From Cellvibrio sp. (lineage in GTDB: Bacteria; Pseudomonadota; Gammaproteobacteria; Pseudomonadales; Cellvibrionaceae), in contig DQHS01000170.1 of assembly GCA_003524365.1 (NCBI GenBank), forward strand, positions 12,671-53,933: 41,263 nt of DNA. Direction: 5' to 3'. Position 1 is the stretch's first letter. Every line of letters starts with the position of its first letter. A model generated the notes under the pieces. It searched no databases and was not told the DNA's origin. It saw only the letters and a program-made list of their open reading frames with translations. The position numbers and the translations under genes were made by a program. Positions 29,507 to 38,772 of this stretch are shown here, piece after piece.

Positions 29507-29566
29507 TGTGATTCTCTGTAGTAGGCATCAAGTAGTAGGCTTCAATATGTTGTGAGCATGTTGCTG

Positions 29567-30379
29567 CTATGCCAAATATTCTTTTGCCAGACGCTTAAAA
29601 TCATTTGTTTTACCCAGTGCATGAAAGAATGGGTTAAGTAAATTTTCTTTAGTGTTATAGCGCAATGGCGTGAGGTTATCGGCTTGATAAATTTCACCGC
29701 CTGCACCCTGCAGTACCGCGTGTGCTGCAGCTGTGTCCCACTCCGAGGTGAGGCCAAGGCGCGGATACAAATCAGCACTGCCTTCAGCAACCATACAAAT
29801 TTTAAGCGAGCTGCCAAGATTGACAATATCTGGCTGGTCAAAACGTTTTACCAATTGCACAAATTCATCGCTTTGATGTGACTTGCTGCCAACAATTTTC
29901 CAGCCCTGTGCCGACTCAGGGTGCGGGTTAACATGGATTGCACTTTTTCCTTCTGCGCATTCTTTCATGCTGCCTGCTTGCAGTTGGCCGCCATAGTAGA
30001 GCAGTGCTTTGGCCGGGGCATAAACCACACCCCAGGCGGGTTGTTGCTCAATGATCAGCGCAATGTTCACCGTAAACTCACCATTGCGTTTAATAAATTC
30101 CTTGGTGCCATCCAGTGGGTCAATTAACCAGTAGGTTTGCCATTGGCTGCGCTCTTGCCAGCCAATAGTGGCACTCTCTTCGGAGAGCACGGGAATGCCC
30201 GGTGTTATTTCTTTCAGGCCATCCACAATGCAATGATGCGAGGCCAGATCCGCTTCTGTCAGCGGTGAGTCATCGGCCTTTATATCCACCGAAAAATCCC
30301 TGTTATAAATTTCCATAATGGCGGCGCCGGCTTGTTTGGCGAGGTGGACAACATCGTTAAAATTAATCGCAGTGTGCAT
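29567..30379 (-). CDS. cysQ: 3'(2'),5'-bisphosphate nucleotidase (PAP phosphatase)
   Basis: K.DDSPLTEAD, LSEE, DPLDGTKEFI, GSSLK, EWDTAAAHA. Confidence 0.95.
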   Translation of the reverse strand: MHTAINFNDVVHLAKQAGAAIMEIYNRDFSVDIKADDSPLTEADLASHHCIVDGLKEITPGIPVLSEESATIGWQERSQWQTYWLIDPLDGTKEFIKRNGEFTVNIALIIEQQPAWGVVYAPAKALLYYGGQLQAGSMKECAEGKSAIHVNPHPESAQGWKIVGSKSHQSDEFVQLVKRFDQPDIVNLGSSLKICMVAEGSADLYPRLGLTSEWDTAAAHAVLQGAGGEIYQADNLTPLRYNTKENLLNPFFHALGKTNDFKRLAKEYLA

Positions 30380-30403
30380 GGCTGTTTCCTGTGCCCGGTA
30401 AGG

Positions 30404-31030
30404 TTAGAGACTGAGAATTTTAAAAATTTGGGTGGTGCATTCCTCTACGCTATAGCGTGAGGTATCGATAGTCAGTTCAGGTGATTGTGGCGCTTCATAG
30501 GGGTCACTAATGCCGGTGAAGTTTTTCAAAATACCCTGGCGCGCTTTTTTATAAAGCCCTTTGGGGTCGCGTGATTCACAGACGTTGAGCGGTGTATCAA
30601 CAAAGACTTCAATAAAATTGCCGTGGCCGAAAATGGAGCGAACCATTTGGCGGTCGCGGCGGTATGGGCTGATAAATGCACAGACCACAATCAGCCCTGC
30701 ATCAACCAGCAGTTTAGCGACTTCGCCGACCCGGCGAATATTTTCGGCACGGTCTGTTTCGCTCATGCCCAAATCTTTATTGAGTCCATGGCGCAGATTG
30801 TCGCCATCCAGCAAAAAGGATTTTTTACCTTGGCTGTGCAAGAGCGCATCGAGCGCGTTGGCGATTGTTGATTTGCCTGCGCCGGATAATCCCGTTAACC
30901 AAATACAACAGGGTTTTTGTTGCAGGAGCGCTGCGCGCTGGGCGGGTGTGATTTTCATATTGTGCCAAACTGCTGCTGAAGCCAGTTCAGTTGACTTTAT
31001 TTCGTAGGGGCTTTTGTCATCGTTTTTCAT
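30404..31030 (-). CDS. cysC: Adenylyl-sulfate (APS) kinase
   Basis: [56 protein letters not shown]. Confidence 0.97.
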   Translation of the reverse strand: MKNDDKSPYEIKSTELASAAVWHNMKITPAQRAALLQQKPCCIWLTGLSGAGKSTIANALDALLHSQGKKSFLLDGDNLRHGLNKDLGMSETDRAENIRRVGEVAKLLVDAGLIVVCAFISPYRRDRQMVRSIFGHGNFIEVFVDTPLNVCESRDPKGLYKKARQGILKNFTGISDPYEAPQSPELTIDTSRYSVEECTTQIFKILSL

Positions 31031-31035
31031 AGCGA

Positions 31036-32280
31036 TTATCCTTGATGTTTTTTTTGATACTGGGTAATGGTGTCGGCATATAGTTGCATTAACCGGCCGC
31101 CAATTACATCGATATCAAAATGAGTTTCTACATACTGGCGTGCACTGTGTTGCCACTCGTTCCACTGTTGCGGATTGTCAATTATCCACTGGATTTTGTC
31201 AGCCATTGCAGCTGAGTTGCGGTCTTCTATTAAAAAAGCAGATTTGCCATCCTCGACACATTCGGGTATTCCACCGGTTTTGGTGGCAATGACAATTAAG
31301 CCGGAGGCTTGGGCTTCCTGAATTGCGACGCCTTGTGTTTCTTCGTGAAATCCCGTTTTGTCGGTGAGGCTTGGGAAGACAAAAATATGTGCGCGCGAAT
31401 AAATGTCTTTGAGTTGTTGTTCGCTGATGCTTGTGTGAAGCGTTACATGTTTTTGTAAATTTAACTCTGCCACCAGGTTTTCCAGGTTTGCGCGCTCAGG
31501 GCCTGCGCCAACAAGGGTGTAATGCAGATTGTAGCCAAGCTCAATAAGCTTTGGCAGTGCTTGTAAAACGTATTGCTGTCCTTTGTCCGCGTGAAATCTG
31601 CCAACGGTTAATAGTTCTACAGGCGCATCAGCTGGTTTTGGTTTTGCGCTAAAGGCAAAATCGCTGGTTACTATTCCCTGCGGAATAATCGTAATTTTTT
31701 CTGCCGGTGCCCCCAAGCTCATATACTGCTTTTTGGCGAATTCGGTGTTGACCAAAATAATATCAGCAGTATCGATATATTCGCTGCGCATTATGGCGGG
31801 AATGGTTGATACCCCGGGTGGCGGCAGACCATGAAACGTGATGACAAAAGGTTTTTTCTGCGCTCTGATAACCGGTAACAATATGTGTCCGGTGATTTCA
31901 AAGTGTGAATGAATAATGTCTATATCGCGTTTTATAAAATGCGGCGCTAGTACCAGTGCACCCATGAGGTTGCTAGCCAGTGATTTGTGTTTTGAAAAAT
32001 AATGCGGCGCTGTAAATAATCCACGCAGGCTTTTCAGGGTATTAACCGGATTTAAAAAATTATTGGCGATGGCAAATAATTTGTTTTTCCCCTCGAAATT
32101 CAAATATTCTGTTGCTTGTGTTAAATGGAATTCATCAACAACGGAAGAATAGTTTGCATCTCCCTGTGACATAGAGAAAATAGTGACTTCGCCGCCATGC
32201 TTAACAACCTGGGCAGTGCTGTTTGCCAACCAAGGCTGGATGGTGTTGGGGAACTTGGTGGCTATTATAAGTGCGTGCAT
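31036..32280 (-). CDS. Glycosyltransferase family 4 (WcaL-like)
   Basis: HSHF, TFHG, VGRF...[21 protein letters not shown]. Confidence 0.9.
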   Translation of the reverse strand: MHALIIATKFPNTIQPWLANSTAQVVKHGGEVTIFSMSQGDANYSSVVDEFHLTQATEYLNFEGKNKLFAIANNFLNPVNTLKSLRGLFTAPHYFSKHKSLASNLMGALVLAPHFIKRDIDIIHSHFEITGHILLPVIRAQKKPFVITFHGLPPPGVSTIPAIMRSEYIDTADIILVNTEFAKKQYMSLGAPAEKITIIPQGIVTSDFAFSAKPKPADAPVELLTVGRFHADKGQQYVLQALPKLIELGYNLHYTLVGAGPERANLENLVAELNLQKHVTLHTSISEQQLKDIYSRAHIFVFPSLTDKTGFHEETQGVAIQEAQASGLIVIATKTGGIPECVEDGKSAFLIEDRNSAAMADKIQWIIDNPQQWNEWQHSARQYVETHFDIDVIGGRLMQLYADTITQYQKKHQG

Positions 32281-32298
32281 TTTTGATTCATTCAGTGT

Positions 32299-33213
32299 TT
32301 AAACGGGTGATTGTTGTTTGGACAAAATATTTCTTAGTAAATAATCTCTCAAGATAGGTTTTGCTCTGGGGCGTTCTGGATGTACGCTGCCGGGGTGGAT
32401 TAAAAATGATTTAATCCACCATGCCATGGCAGTTAATTTTTGATTCTCGCTCCAGTGCAAATTCGCCATAACCATAGCGTTCCATGCTCGCGATTTTTTA
32501 CGCAATTTTTTTTCGGGTATTTGTGCGCTCACCCACTCTCGGTCAGCATGCTGTTTTTGTTTGTGCCTGTTGGGGCGAAACTCTGAATGAATGCGCATTG
32601 ATACTGTATTAAAGTTGCAGCTTTTTATATTCCCTTGCTTCACCAGACGGCGTAGAAAATCCCGATCTTCAGAGTCCGATAAGGATATGACAAATAAACC
32701 TGCCGCAATTACGGCTGCGCGTTTTGCAAATATATTGGACGTTGCGCCAGGGAATGCAGTAAAAATGCAAAGGTCTTCATAGGTTGTTGAGCTTCGCGCC
32801 GGCGTATCTGCAGCGCAGTTTTTTGAGTGTTTATTAAAGTAGCTGCAGCCACCGCCCACTAATACGCAGTTTTCATCCGCCATTGCGATGGCCACTTTTG
32901 CTTCTATGCATTTGTTTTCATAAATATCATCTGAATCAAGAAAGGAAATATAGGTTCCTTTACTCTCGGCTATGCCATGATTCCTTGCTGCTGATGCCCC
33001 CGCATTTTCTTGTTTGATATAGCGCAAGCAAGGTGCATTAAGATTTTCTATCAAATGCTGTGTGCCATCGATTGAGCCGTCATCGATAACGATAATTTCA
33101 ATATTTTTGTACGTTTGCCTGAATACGGATTCTAATGCATCACCAATCATGTGCGCGCGATTGAACGTAGGAATTATTACGCTAACCAGTGGCGTCAACG
33201 ATGGGTCATTCAT
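32299..33213 (-). CDS. Glycosyltransferase family 2
   Basis: VSVIIPTFNR, DDGS.D, N.GASAARN.G, FLDSDD, SED. Confidence 0.92.
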   Translation of the reverse strand: MNDPSLTPLVSVIIPTFNRAHMIGDALESVFRQTYKNIEIIVIDDGSIDGTQHLIENLNAPCLRYIKQENAGASAARNHGIAESKGTYISFLDSDDIYENKCIEAKVAIAMADENCVLVGGGCSYFNKHSKNCAADTPARSSTTYEDLCIFTAFPGATSNIFAKRAAVIAAGLFVISLSDSEDRDFLRRLVKQGNIKSCNFNTVSMRIHSEFRPNRHKQKQHADREWVSAQIPEKKLRKKSRAWNAMVMANLHWSENQKLTAMAWWIKSFLIHPGSVHPERPRAKPILRDYLLRNILSKQQSPV

Positions 33214-35023
33214 TGTGCGCGCCTGTGGTTATCGAACCTTTTTCAATCATGTTGCGAAAGTAACTATTGTTTTCATAAAGGGCTGCGTAGCTGTCATTTG
33301 CAATTATTTTTCCATCCGCAATAACGGTAATCTTGTCTGATAATTTTATCGCGGCGGGGCGGTGCGATATAACGATAATCAGCCGGTCTTGTTTCAATTG
33401 GTTGAGCAACTGCATTAATTCGTGCTCTGAATCTATATCCAGCGCGCTGGTAGGTTCATCCAATACCAGGATTTTGTTGTCCCGGTAAAGTGCGCGCGCA
33501 ATGCCGATGCGCTGGCGCTGGCCGCCACTGAGCAGCTTTCCATCTTGCCCCAGATCATTTTCCAAACCTTTGGGAAGCTTTTCTACAAACTCCATGGCAT
33601 TAGCCTGCTGCAGGGCGGCTTTGACTCGCGCGATATCGACATCTTCACGATTTACACCGAAGGCGACATTGGTAATTACATCGCCATCGAGAATAAAAAT
33701 ATGTTGCGGGACATAGCCAATAGTGCGTTGGTAGGCAATTAAATCTTTGCCAGCAGTTGGATTGTTGTTGGTAAAGAGCTGGCCACTTTCCGGCGGCAAG
33801 AGGCCGAGAATAATGTCAGCCAACGTAGACTTTCCTGAACCCGAAGGGCCGGCAATAGTATTGAGCTGGCCTTTGGTAAATTTGACATTGATATCATCCA
33901 GTGCGGGTTTGGCCGCTTTTGGGTAATGATAGACGATATTTTTTAATTCAATCTCTGTTACATCGGCGATAGCGGAAACCTCGGTGATTCCTTCATTGGG
34001 TGCGTGAAAATCTAGATGCTTACGCAATAAAATGGCGACGCCGCCATTAGCGCTCATGCTGGAAACTGATTTATAAATTTGCTGCATGGTTGGCAGGAGT
34101 TTGTAACCTGCAATTGCATAAATGCTCAGCAGGGATACGACGTTGGTGCTCTCATTGCTACCATTGAGAAGCCACACGGCAAACAAAAGTATGGCGCTGA
34201 ACGAAACAGTTTCAATGGCAAAACGCGGTAAGTCCCCGGAGAGTGCAATGAAGGCGCTTGAGTCCAGCCCTTTTTTATTGGCAGCAAGATAATGTTCGGT
34301 ATATTTAGCTTCAAGAGCATTTAATTTTATGTCTTTAATTCCGATAAAGGATTCGGACATGATTGATTGAACCATTTTGTTGCGCTTGGTGATGATGTCA
34401 CCATGCGCACGCAGGGATTTTTTTATAAGCCAGTAAGTGCACAGATAGGCGCCGCCCACCACCAGCGCTGAGCCAACGGCTACTATAGGATCAAGAAATA
34501 ACAGACCTGCCAATATAATCAGTGCAATAAATAGTTGGCTACACATTAATAGATAGGGCTGTAACACCATATAAATAAAGCGCGGTGCATCGGCAGAAAT
34601 AGTGGATATTAATTTGTTGTAGTTGGTGGTTTTGTGAAACAGATAATCACGGCGAATCGATTTTTCAAACAATTGGCATTGCAGATTACTGCCCAGATAA
34701 ATTGAAAACTTGAACTGCAGCCACATGGTTAATGCGCTGACAGCATTGGAAATAAAAATCATCGCAATCGACATAAAGGCAAAAGCGGTAATGAATTCCT
34801 GATTGGACTGGAAGCTGCCATACTCATAGAGAGTGGCAAGTGCGCGGTTGGTTTGGATGGAATCCGGATTGGAAATAATGCCGATAAAGGGAGCGATGCT
34901 GGCGATGCCAACCACCTGGACAATGGCGGAGAAGATAAAAAAGAATTGCATTAATAGCATCCGCAGCTTTTGCTCTTTGCTAAGTACGGCGTAAATGCTG
35001 CGGATAATATTCAGAATATACAT
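33206..35023 (-). CDS. ABC transporter (TMD-NBD fusion), PglK/WlaB-like lipid-linked glycan flippase
   Basis: GPSGSGKST, LSGGQRQRIG, VLDEPTSALD, ISHR; PF-containing external-helix segment after TM1 and YKLLP motif resembling PglK. Confidence 0.85.
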   Translation of the reverse strand: MYILNIIRSIYAVLSKEQKLRMLLMQFFFIFSAIVQVVGIASIAPFIGIISNPDSIQTNRALATLYEYGSFQSNQEFITAFAFMSIAMIFISNAVSALTMWLQFKFSIYLGSNLQCQLFEKSIRRDYLFHKTTNYNKLISTISADAPRFIYMVLQPYLLMCSQLFIALIILAGLLFLDPIVAVGSALVVGGAYLCTYWLIKKSLRAHGDIITKRNKMVQSIMSESFIGIKDIKLNALEAKYTEHYLAANKKGLDSSAFIALSGDLPRFAIETVSFSAILLFAVWLLNGSNESTNVVSLLSIYAIAGYKLLPTMQQIYKSVSSMSANGGVAILLRKHLDFHAPNEGITEVSAIADVTEIELKNIVYHYPKAAKPALDDINVKFTKGQLNTIAGPSGSGKSTLADIILGLLPPESGQLFTNNNPTAGKDLIAYQRTIGYVPQHIFILDGDVITNVAFGVNREDVDIARVKAALQQANAMEFVEKLPKGLENDLGQDGKLLSGGQRQRIGIARALYRDNKILVLDEPTSALDIDSEHELMQLLNQLKQDRLIIVISHRPAAIKLSDKITVIADGKIIANDSYAALYENNSYFRNMIEKGSITTGAHNE

Positions 35024-35107
35024 GGATCAAAAACCTTTTATCTCAACGTGGCGATAGATAACCAGCGCATCTATGACGATGTTGTCTCTATCATTTCCCT
35101 GGCTAGT

Positions 35108-35153
35108 GGTAAAACGCTGTGTGCAGCGGTTTTACCGGTGCAGAATTCTATCA
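35108..35153 (-). promoter_or_regulatory. Putative extended -10 promoter and 5' stem-loop for the ABC-GT-cysC-cysQ-sulfotransferase operon
   Basis: Minus-strand TG-A-TAGAAT at 35153-35145; then a 12-bp stem with one bulge (GGTAAAACGCTG / CAGCGGTTTTACC on +, 35108-35136). Confidence 0.45.
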
Positions 35154-35198
35154 CACACCATGCTAAGAATTTGTTGCTGGCGCTGGTTGGCTAATCCC

Positions 35199-35226
35199 GA
35201 TAGTTTTTCAGTAGTGTAAAACTATC
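35199..35226 (-). terminator. Hairpin just downstream of the GT4 stop, possible terminator
   Basis: GATAGTTTT / AAAACTATC inverted repeat 5 nt past the stop; AT-rich with no clear U-tract. Confidence 0.35.
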
Positions 35227-35231
35227 CGACA

Positions 35232-36383
35232 TTAGCGCTGAATCAATTTTTGGTAGAGCGCGAGTGTCGCTGCAGCATTGGCATGGCTGGTGTAAGACTT
35301 TTTTAGCTGCACAGTGGGTTTGGTTTGCATGATCTGCAATATTTTATTGCTATAACCTGTGGGGCTATGGTCGGTTACCAGTAGTTCCGGGTAATCCGCC
35401 AGTATTTCAACCAGACCACCGACACTGTGAGCGATCAAGGGTTTGCCGAGCGCGAGTGTTTCCAGTGCGGTCATTGGTGTTCCCTCGTGGTCGGAGCAGA
35501 TGACGACCATATCAAGCGCGGCTATGACTTGTGCGGGATCGGTGCGGTGGCCGTGGAAGCTCACCGACTGCGTCAGCTTGAGGTTGCTGCTGAGTGATTT
35601 AAGTTCGTTGGCAAGCTTGCCGTCACCAATAACGTGAAAATGCATTGCATCGGATGTTTGACTGAGTAGCTGTTGCGCGGCATTGAGAAAAATATCGACC
35701 CGCTTTACCGGCTCCAGACGCCCGACAATCCCGATATGACATGCCTGTGGTTGCGCCGCCTTGATGTCGGCAGCAGGAATCGCTTGTTGTAGTCTGTCTA
35801 CATCTATCCCGTTTTCAATAATATGGATTTTGCGCCCGGGAAATATTGTGCGCAATTTGGTGGCCAGGTCAGTGGAGACTGAAATAACGGCATCTTGTAA
35901 GTAATTACCGCAGAAGTGATCCAGCCATACTTGTATTTTTTTGATGCCTGAGGCGCTGTGTTCGGGCGCGCCATGGGTCGTTCTCACCGCAGCGCTGCGG
36001 CGCCAGAAATTCTTGTGCAGGAATCGGCTGGCAAGTGTATTAGCAATAGCGCCGAGGATATTTTCTTTTTGACGATGGGTGTGGATAAGGTCCGGCGCAA
36101 AGCGGCGGATGATGGCGCAGAGCTGGATGAAAATTTTCAGGCTGCTCAATTGGCGTTCATCGATGATTTCTACGGTTATTCCGGCTTGTATTAATCTATC
36201 AGCGAGCTCGCCGTGATTCATTAGTACCGCCAGTAATTCACAGTTATCGCGCAATGATGTTAGTAGTGTATAAGCTTGTACTTCTGCTCCCGCCCAAAGG
36301 TCGCCAGAAATAATGTGCAAAACCTTGGGGGGCGAGGGTAAAATCGGCGTTTGAATTTCAAGGTTTGCGTCAGGGTTCGTCAT
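35232..36383 (-). CDS. Glycosyltransferase family 4
   Basis: GDLWAGAE, IENGID, GRLEPVKR, HEGTPMTALE; start at 36383 or 36395. Confidence 0.9.
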   Translation of the reverse strand: MTNPDANLEIQTPILPSPPKVLHIISGDLWAGAEVQAYTLLTSLRDNCELLAVLMNHGELADRLIQAGITVEIIDERQLSSLKIFIQLCAIIRRFAPDLIHTHRQKENILGAIANTLASRFLHKNFWRRSAAVRTTHGAPEHSASGIKKIQVWLDHFCGNYLQDAVISVSTDLATKLRTIFPGRKIHIIENGIDVDRLQQAIPAADIKAAQPQACHIGIVGRLEPVKRVDIFLNAAQQLLSQTSDAMHFHVIGDGKLANELKSLSSNLKLTQSVSFHGHRTDPAQVIAALDMVVICSDHEGTPMTALETLALGKPLIAHSVGGLVEILADYPELLVTDHSPTGYSNKILQIMQTKPTVQLKKSYTSHANAAATLALYQKLIQR

Positions 36384-36443
36384 TGGCAGGTGCATGATGT
36401 CGAATATTCACTGGAAAGGTTAAGGACAGGTCAAGGGGTTAGA

Positions 36444-37592
36444 ATGTTAACATTTTTATTTTGGTTATTTGGTGTCGCTGCTGTTTATAGTTATTTTATT
36501 TATCCTCTGGTGCTGCGTGTATTCTTGGCAAAGAAGCCTGTAAAAAACAGCGGTGTAGTAGAACAGCAAAGCGTAGCGGTAAACAGTGTTTCATTAATCG
36601 TGACCGCCTATAACGAGGAGAACCGGATCCGCGCAAAAATTGACAACAGTTTGCAATTGCTGGCGGGCGATTTTTCGTTTGAAATTATTGTTGCATCTGA
36701 TTGCTCTGAAGATAAAACCGATGACATTGTGCGTGAATATGCAGAGCGCAATGTGCGTTTGGTGCGCGCGCCTGAACGGCTTGGCAAAGAGCATGCACAG
36801 CAGTGCGCCATTAAAGAAGCCGCTGGTGAAATTGTTGTTTTTAGTGATGTTGCCACCGAAATTCCTGCCGATGCCATTCAAAAACTGGTGGCTTATTTTA
36901 CGGAGCCAGAGGTGGGCGCGGTGTCCAGTGAAGACCGTTTCGTCAGTCAGGATGGTTCGGTTGCGGGTGAAGGCGCCTATGTGAAATATGAAATGTGGTT
37001 GCGTCGCCAGGAATCAAAATTGGCGGGGCTAGTCGGGCTGAGCGGTTCTTTTTTTGCGGTGCGCAAGTCTCTCTGCAGCGAATGGGATATACACTCTCCG
37101 AGTGATTTCAATACTGCACTCAATACCGCTAAAGCGGGTATGCGCGCGGTAACTGCGCCCGATGTGTTGGGTTTTTATCAGGATTTAAAAGATCCCTCCA
37201 AAGAGTATCAACGCAAAATTCGCACGGTAATTCGCGGCATGACCGGGCTTTCACGCCATGCGGAAGTGTTGAATGTCGGCAAGTTTGGTTTTTTTGCTTT
37301 CCAGGTTATTTCACATAAATTAATGCGTTGGCTTACGCCCTGGTTTCTGTTGGCCGCATTTTTATTGAATGCATTGATTGCCGATAATAGCCTGTTGTAT
37401 TTTTTATTATTCACGGGCCAATTGGCATTTTATGGCCTTGCCGTAGTCGCACATTTTTTACCAAATCTGCGCAGTATTTCTATGGTTAAGTTGGTGTATT
37501 TTTTTGTGCAGGTGAATATTGCGTTGTTCGATGCGGCGATTAAATTTGTTGCCGGTCAGCGCATGACAACCTGGAAGCCGTCTGCGCGATGA
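36444..37592 (+). CDS. Glycosyltransferase family 2, membrane-anchored (IcaA/CESA-like subgroup)
   Basis: N-terminal TM with YFIYP, AYNEE, SDCSED.TD, GK..AQ, FSD, G.SGS.FA.R, HKLMRW. Confidence 0.9.
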   Translation: MLTFLFWLFGVAAVYSYFIYPLVLRVFLAKKPVKNSGVVEQQSVAVNSVSLIVTAYNEENRIRAKIDNSLQLLAGDFSFEIIVASDCSEDKTDDIVREYAERNVRLVRAPERLGKEHAQQCAIKEAAGEIVVFSDVATEIPADAIQKLVAYFTEPEVGAVSSEDRFVSQDGSVAGEGAYVKYEMWLRRQESKLAGLVGLSGSFFAVRKSLCSEWDIHSPSDFNTALNTAKAGMRAVTAPDVLGFYQDLKDPSKEYQRKIRTVIRGMTGLSRHAEVLNVGKFGFFAFQVISHKLMRWLTPWFLLAAFLLNALIADNSLLYFLLFTGQLAFYGLAVVAHFLPNLRSISMVKLVYFFVQVNIALFDAAIKFVAGQRMTTWKPSAR

Positions 37593-38722
37593 TTATTCAC
37601 GGCGATCTTCCACCCGTTGGGCACACAATCAGTTTGCAAGTGTGTGCGGAAAATCCACTGCGCGATTTTTTTGGAATAAATCAGTATTGGGTTGATTCGG
37701 GCACTTCGGCCTTGGCGTTAGCGCTGTTGGATGCGAAGGCGCAATTCCCCCATGTACACCAACCGCGCGCTATTATTCCCGGCTATTGCTGCCCTGATTT
37801 GGTTGCTGCCTGTGTATACGCGGGCATTGAGCCGGTTGCGGTTGATATTAGTGTTAATGATCCTGCTTATGATTGTGCGCAACTGCGCGCGCAGTTGGAT
37901 GATCGTGTGGTGGCGATTATTGCGGTCAATTTTTTGGGTGTTGCTGAGCAGCTGGCCGAGTTGCGTGGGTTGATTGCAAGTTTGGGCTTGCGCACTCGTT
38001 TAATTGAAGACAACGCGCAGTGGTTTCCAACACAAAAAAATGAAGCGATTTTTGAATCGGATTATGTGGTGTTTTCATTTGGGCGCGGCAAACCGCTCAG
38101 TTTGCTTGGTGGTGGCTTACTGCTGGCAGCGGCACCTTTGTCATCTCATGTACAGCAACAGATTGCGCCATCGCCATCCGTCTCTGCGCTCCTGCCGTTA
38201 AAAATACGCGCTTATAATTGGTTATTACAACCACAGTTGTATTTGTTGTTGAACCGCAATCCACTGCTGCATTTAGGTCAGACAAAGTATGTCGCTTTGG
38301 AAAAAATTGCGGCGCTGGATCATTTCCGTGTTTCGTTATTGAGTGAAAATTTTCATCGCTACACTAAGCGATCTACCGATATAGTCGATGTTTACACTGC
38401 GGCAGTTGCGGTGAATGGGCTGCAGCGGATGGCGTCACTGGAAAGCGCGCGCGCGCGGCGGTTGCTGCGCTATCCCTTGTTGTGTGCGAGTGCAGCAGGC
38501 AGGGATAAATTGCTTGCGCGTTTGCAAAAAGAAGGGTTGGGTGCGACGCCGATGTATCCGGCGGCCATTGATGCGATCAGTGGTGTGGAGGGGCGCGTTA
38601 GCGTGCCGGCTGCGCTGGATAATGCGCGTCATTTTGCGCAGTGCTTTATCAGCTTGCCGACACACGCAGGAGTAACTGCATATTACCGGGAGAAAATAGT
38701 GGCGTTATTGCGCGCCCTCTGA
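37589..38722 (+). CDS. DegT/DnrJ/EryC1/StrS-family PLP-dependent aminotransferase-like protein
   Basis: SGTSAL..AL, PGYCC, IEDNAQ, FSFGRGKP...GGG (PLP Lys retained), LP.H; ATGA coupling to the GT2. Confidence 0.82.
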   Translation: MIIHGDLPPVGHTISLQVCAENPLRDFFGINQYWVDSGTSALALALLDAKAQFPHVHQPRAIIPGYCCPDLVAACVYAGIEPVAVDISVNDPAYDCAQLRAQLDDRVVAIIAVNFLGVAEQLAELRGLIASLGLRTRLIEDNAQWFPTQKNEAIFESDYVVFSFGRGKPLSLLGGGLLLAAAPLSSHVQQQIAPSPSVSALLPLKIRAYNWLLQPQLYLLLNRNPLLHLGQTKYVALEKIAALDHFRVSLLSENFHRYTKRSTDIVDVYTAAVAVNGLQRMASLESARARRLLRYPLLCASAAGRDKLLARLQKEGLGATPMYPAAIDAISGVEGRVSVPAALDNARHFAQCFISLPTHAGVTAYYREKIVALLRAL

Positions 38723-38772
38723 GATAGATTCAACCCTAATCCATTTTCGGGTAGCCGCTCGCGCTAGATACG

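Noticed and set aside
30561-31007. 148-aa antisense ORF over cysC, and the similar short overlapping ORFs across the window
   Set aside because: They are antisense or out of frame to well-supported genes and have no recognisable motifs.
34970-35194. 74-aa ORF in the ABC-GT4 intergenic region
   Set aside because: It has a TTG start overlapping the ABC gene on the opposite strand and no RBS or motif; the region is better explained as promoter and leader.
38445-38457. (GC)6 dinucleotide run as a phase-variation or Z-DNA site
   Set aside because: Short, in frame, and explained by Ser-Ala-Arg-Ala-Arg codons.
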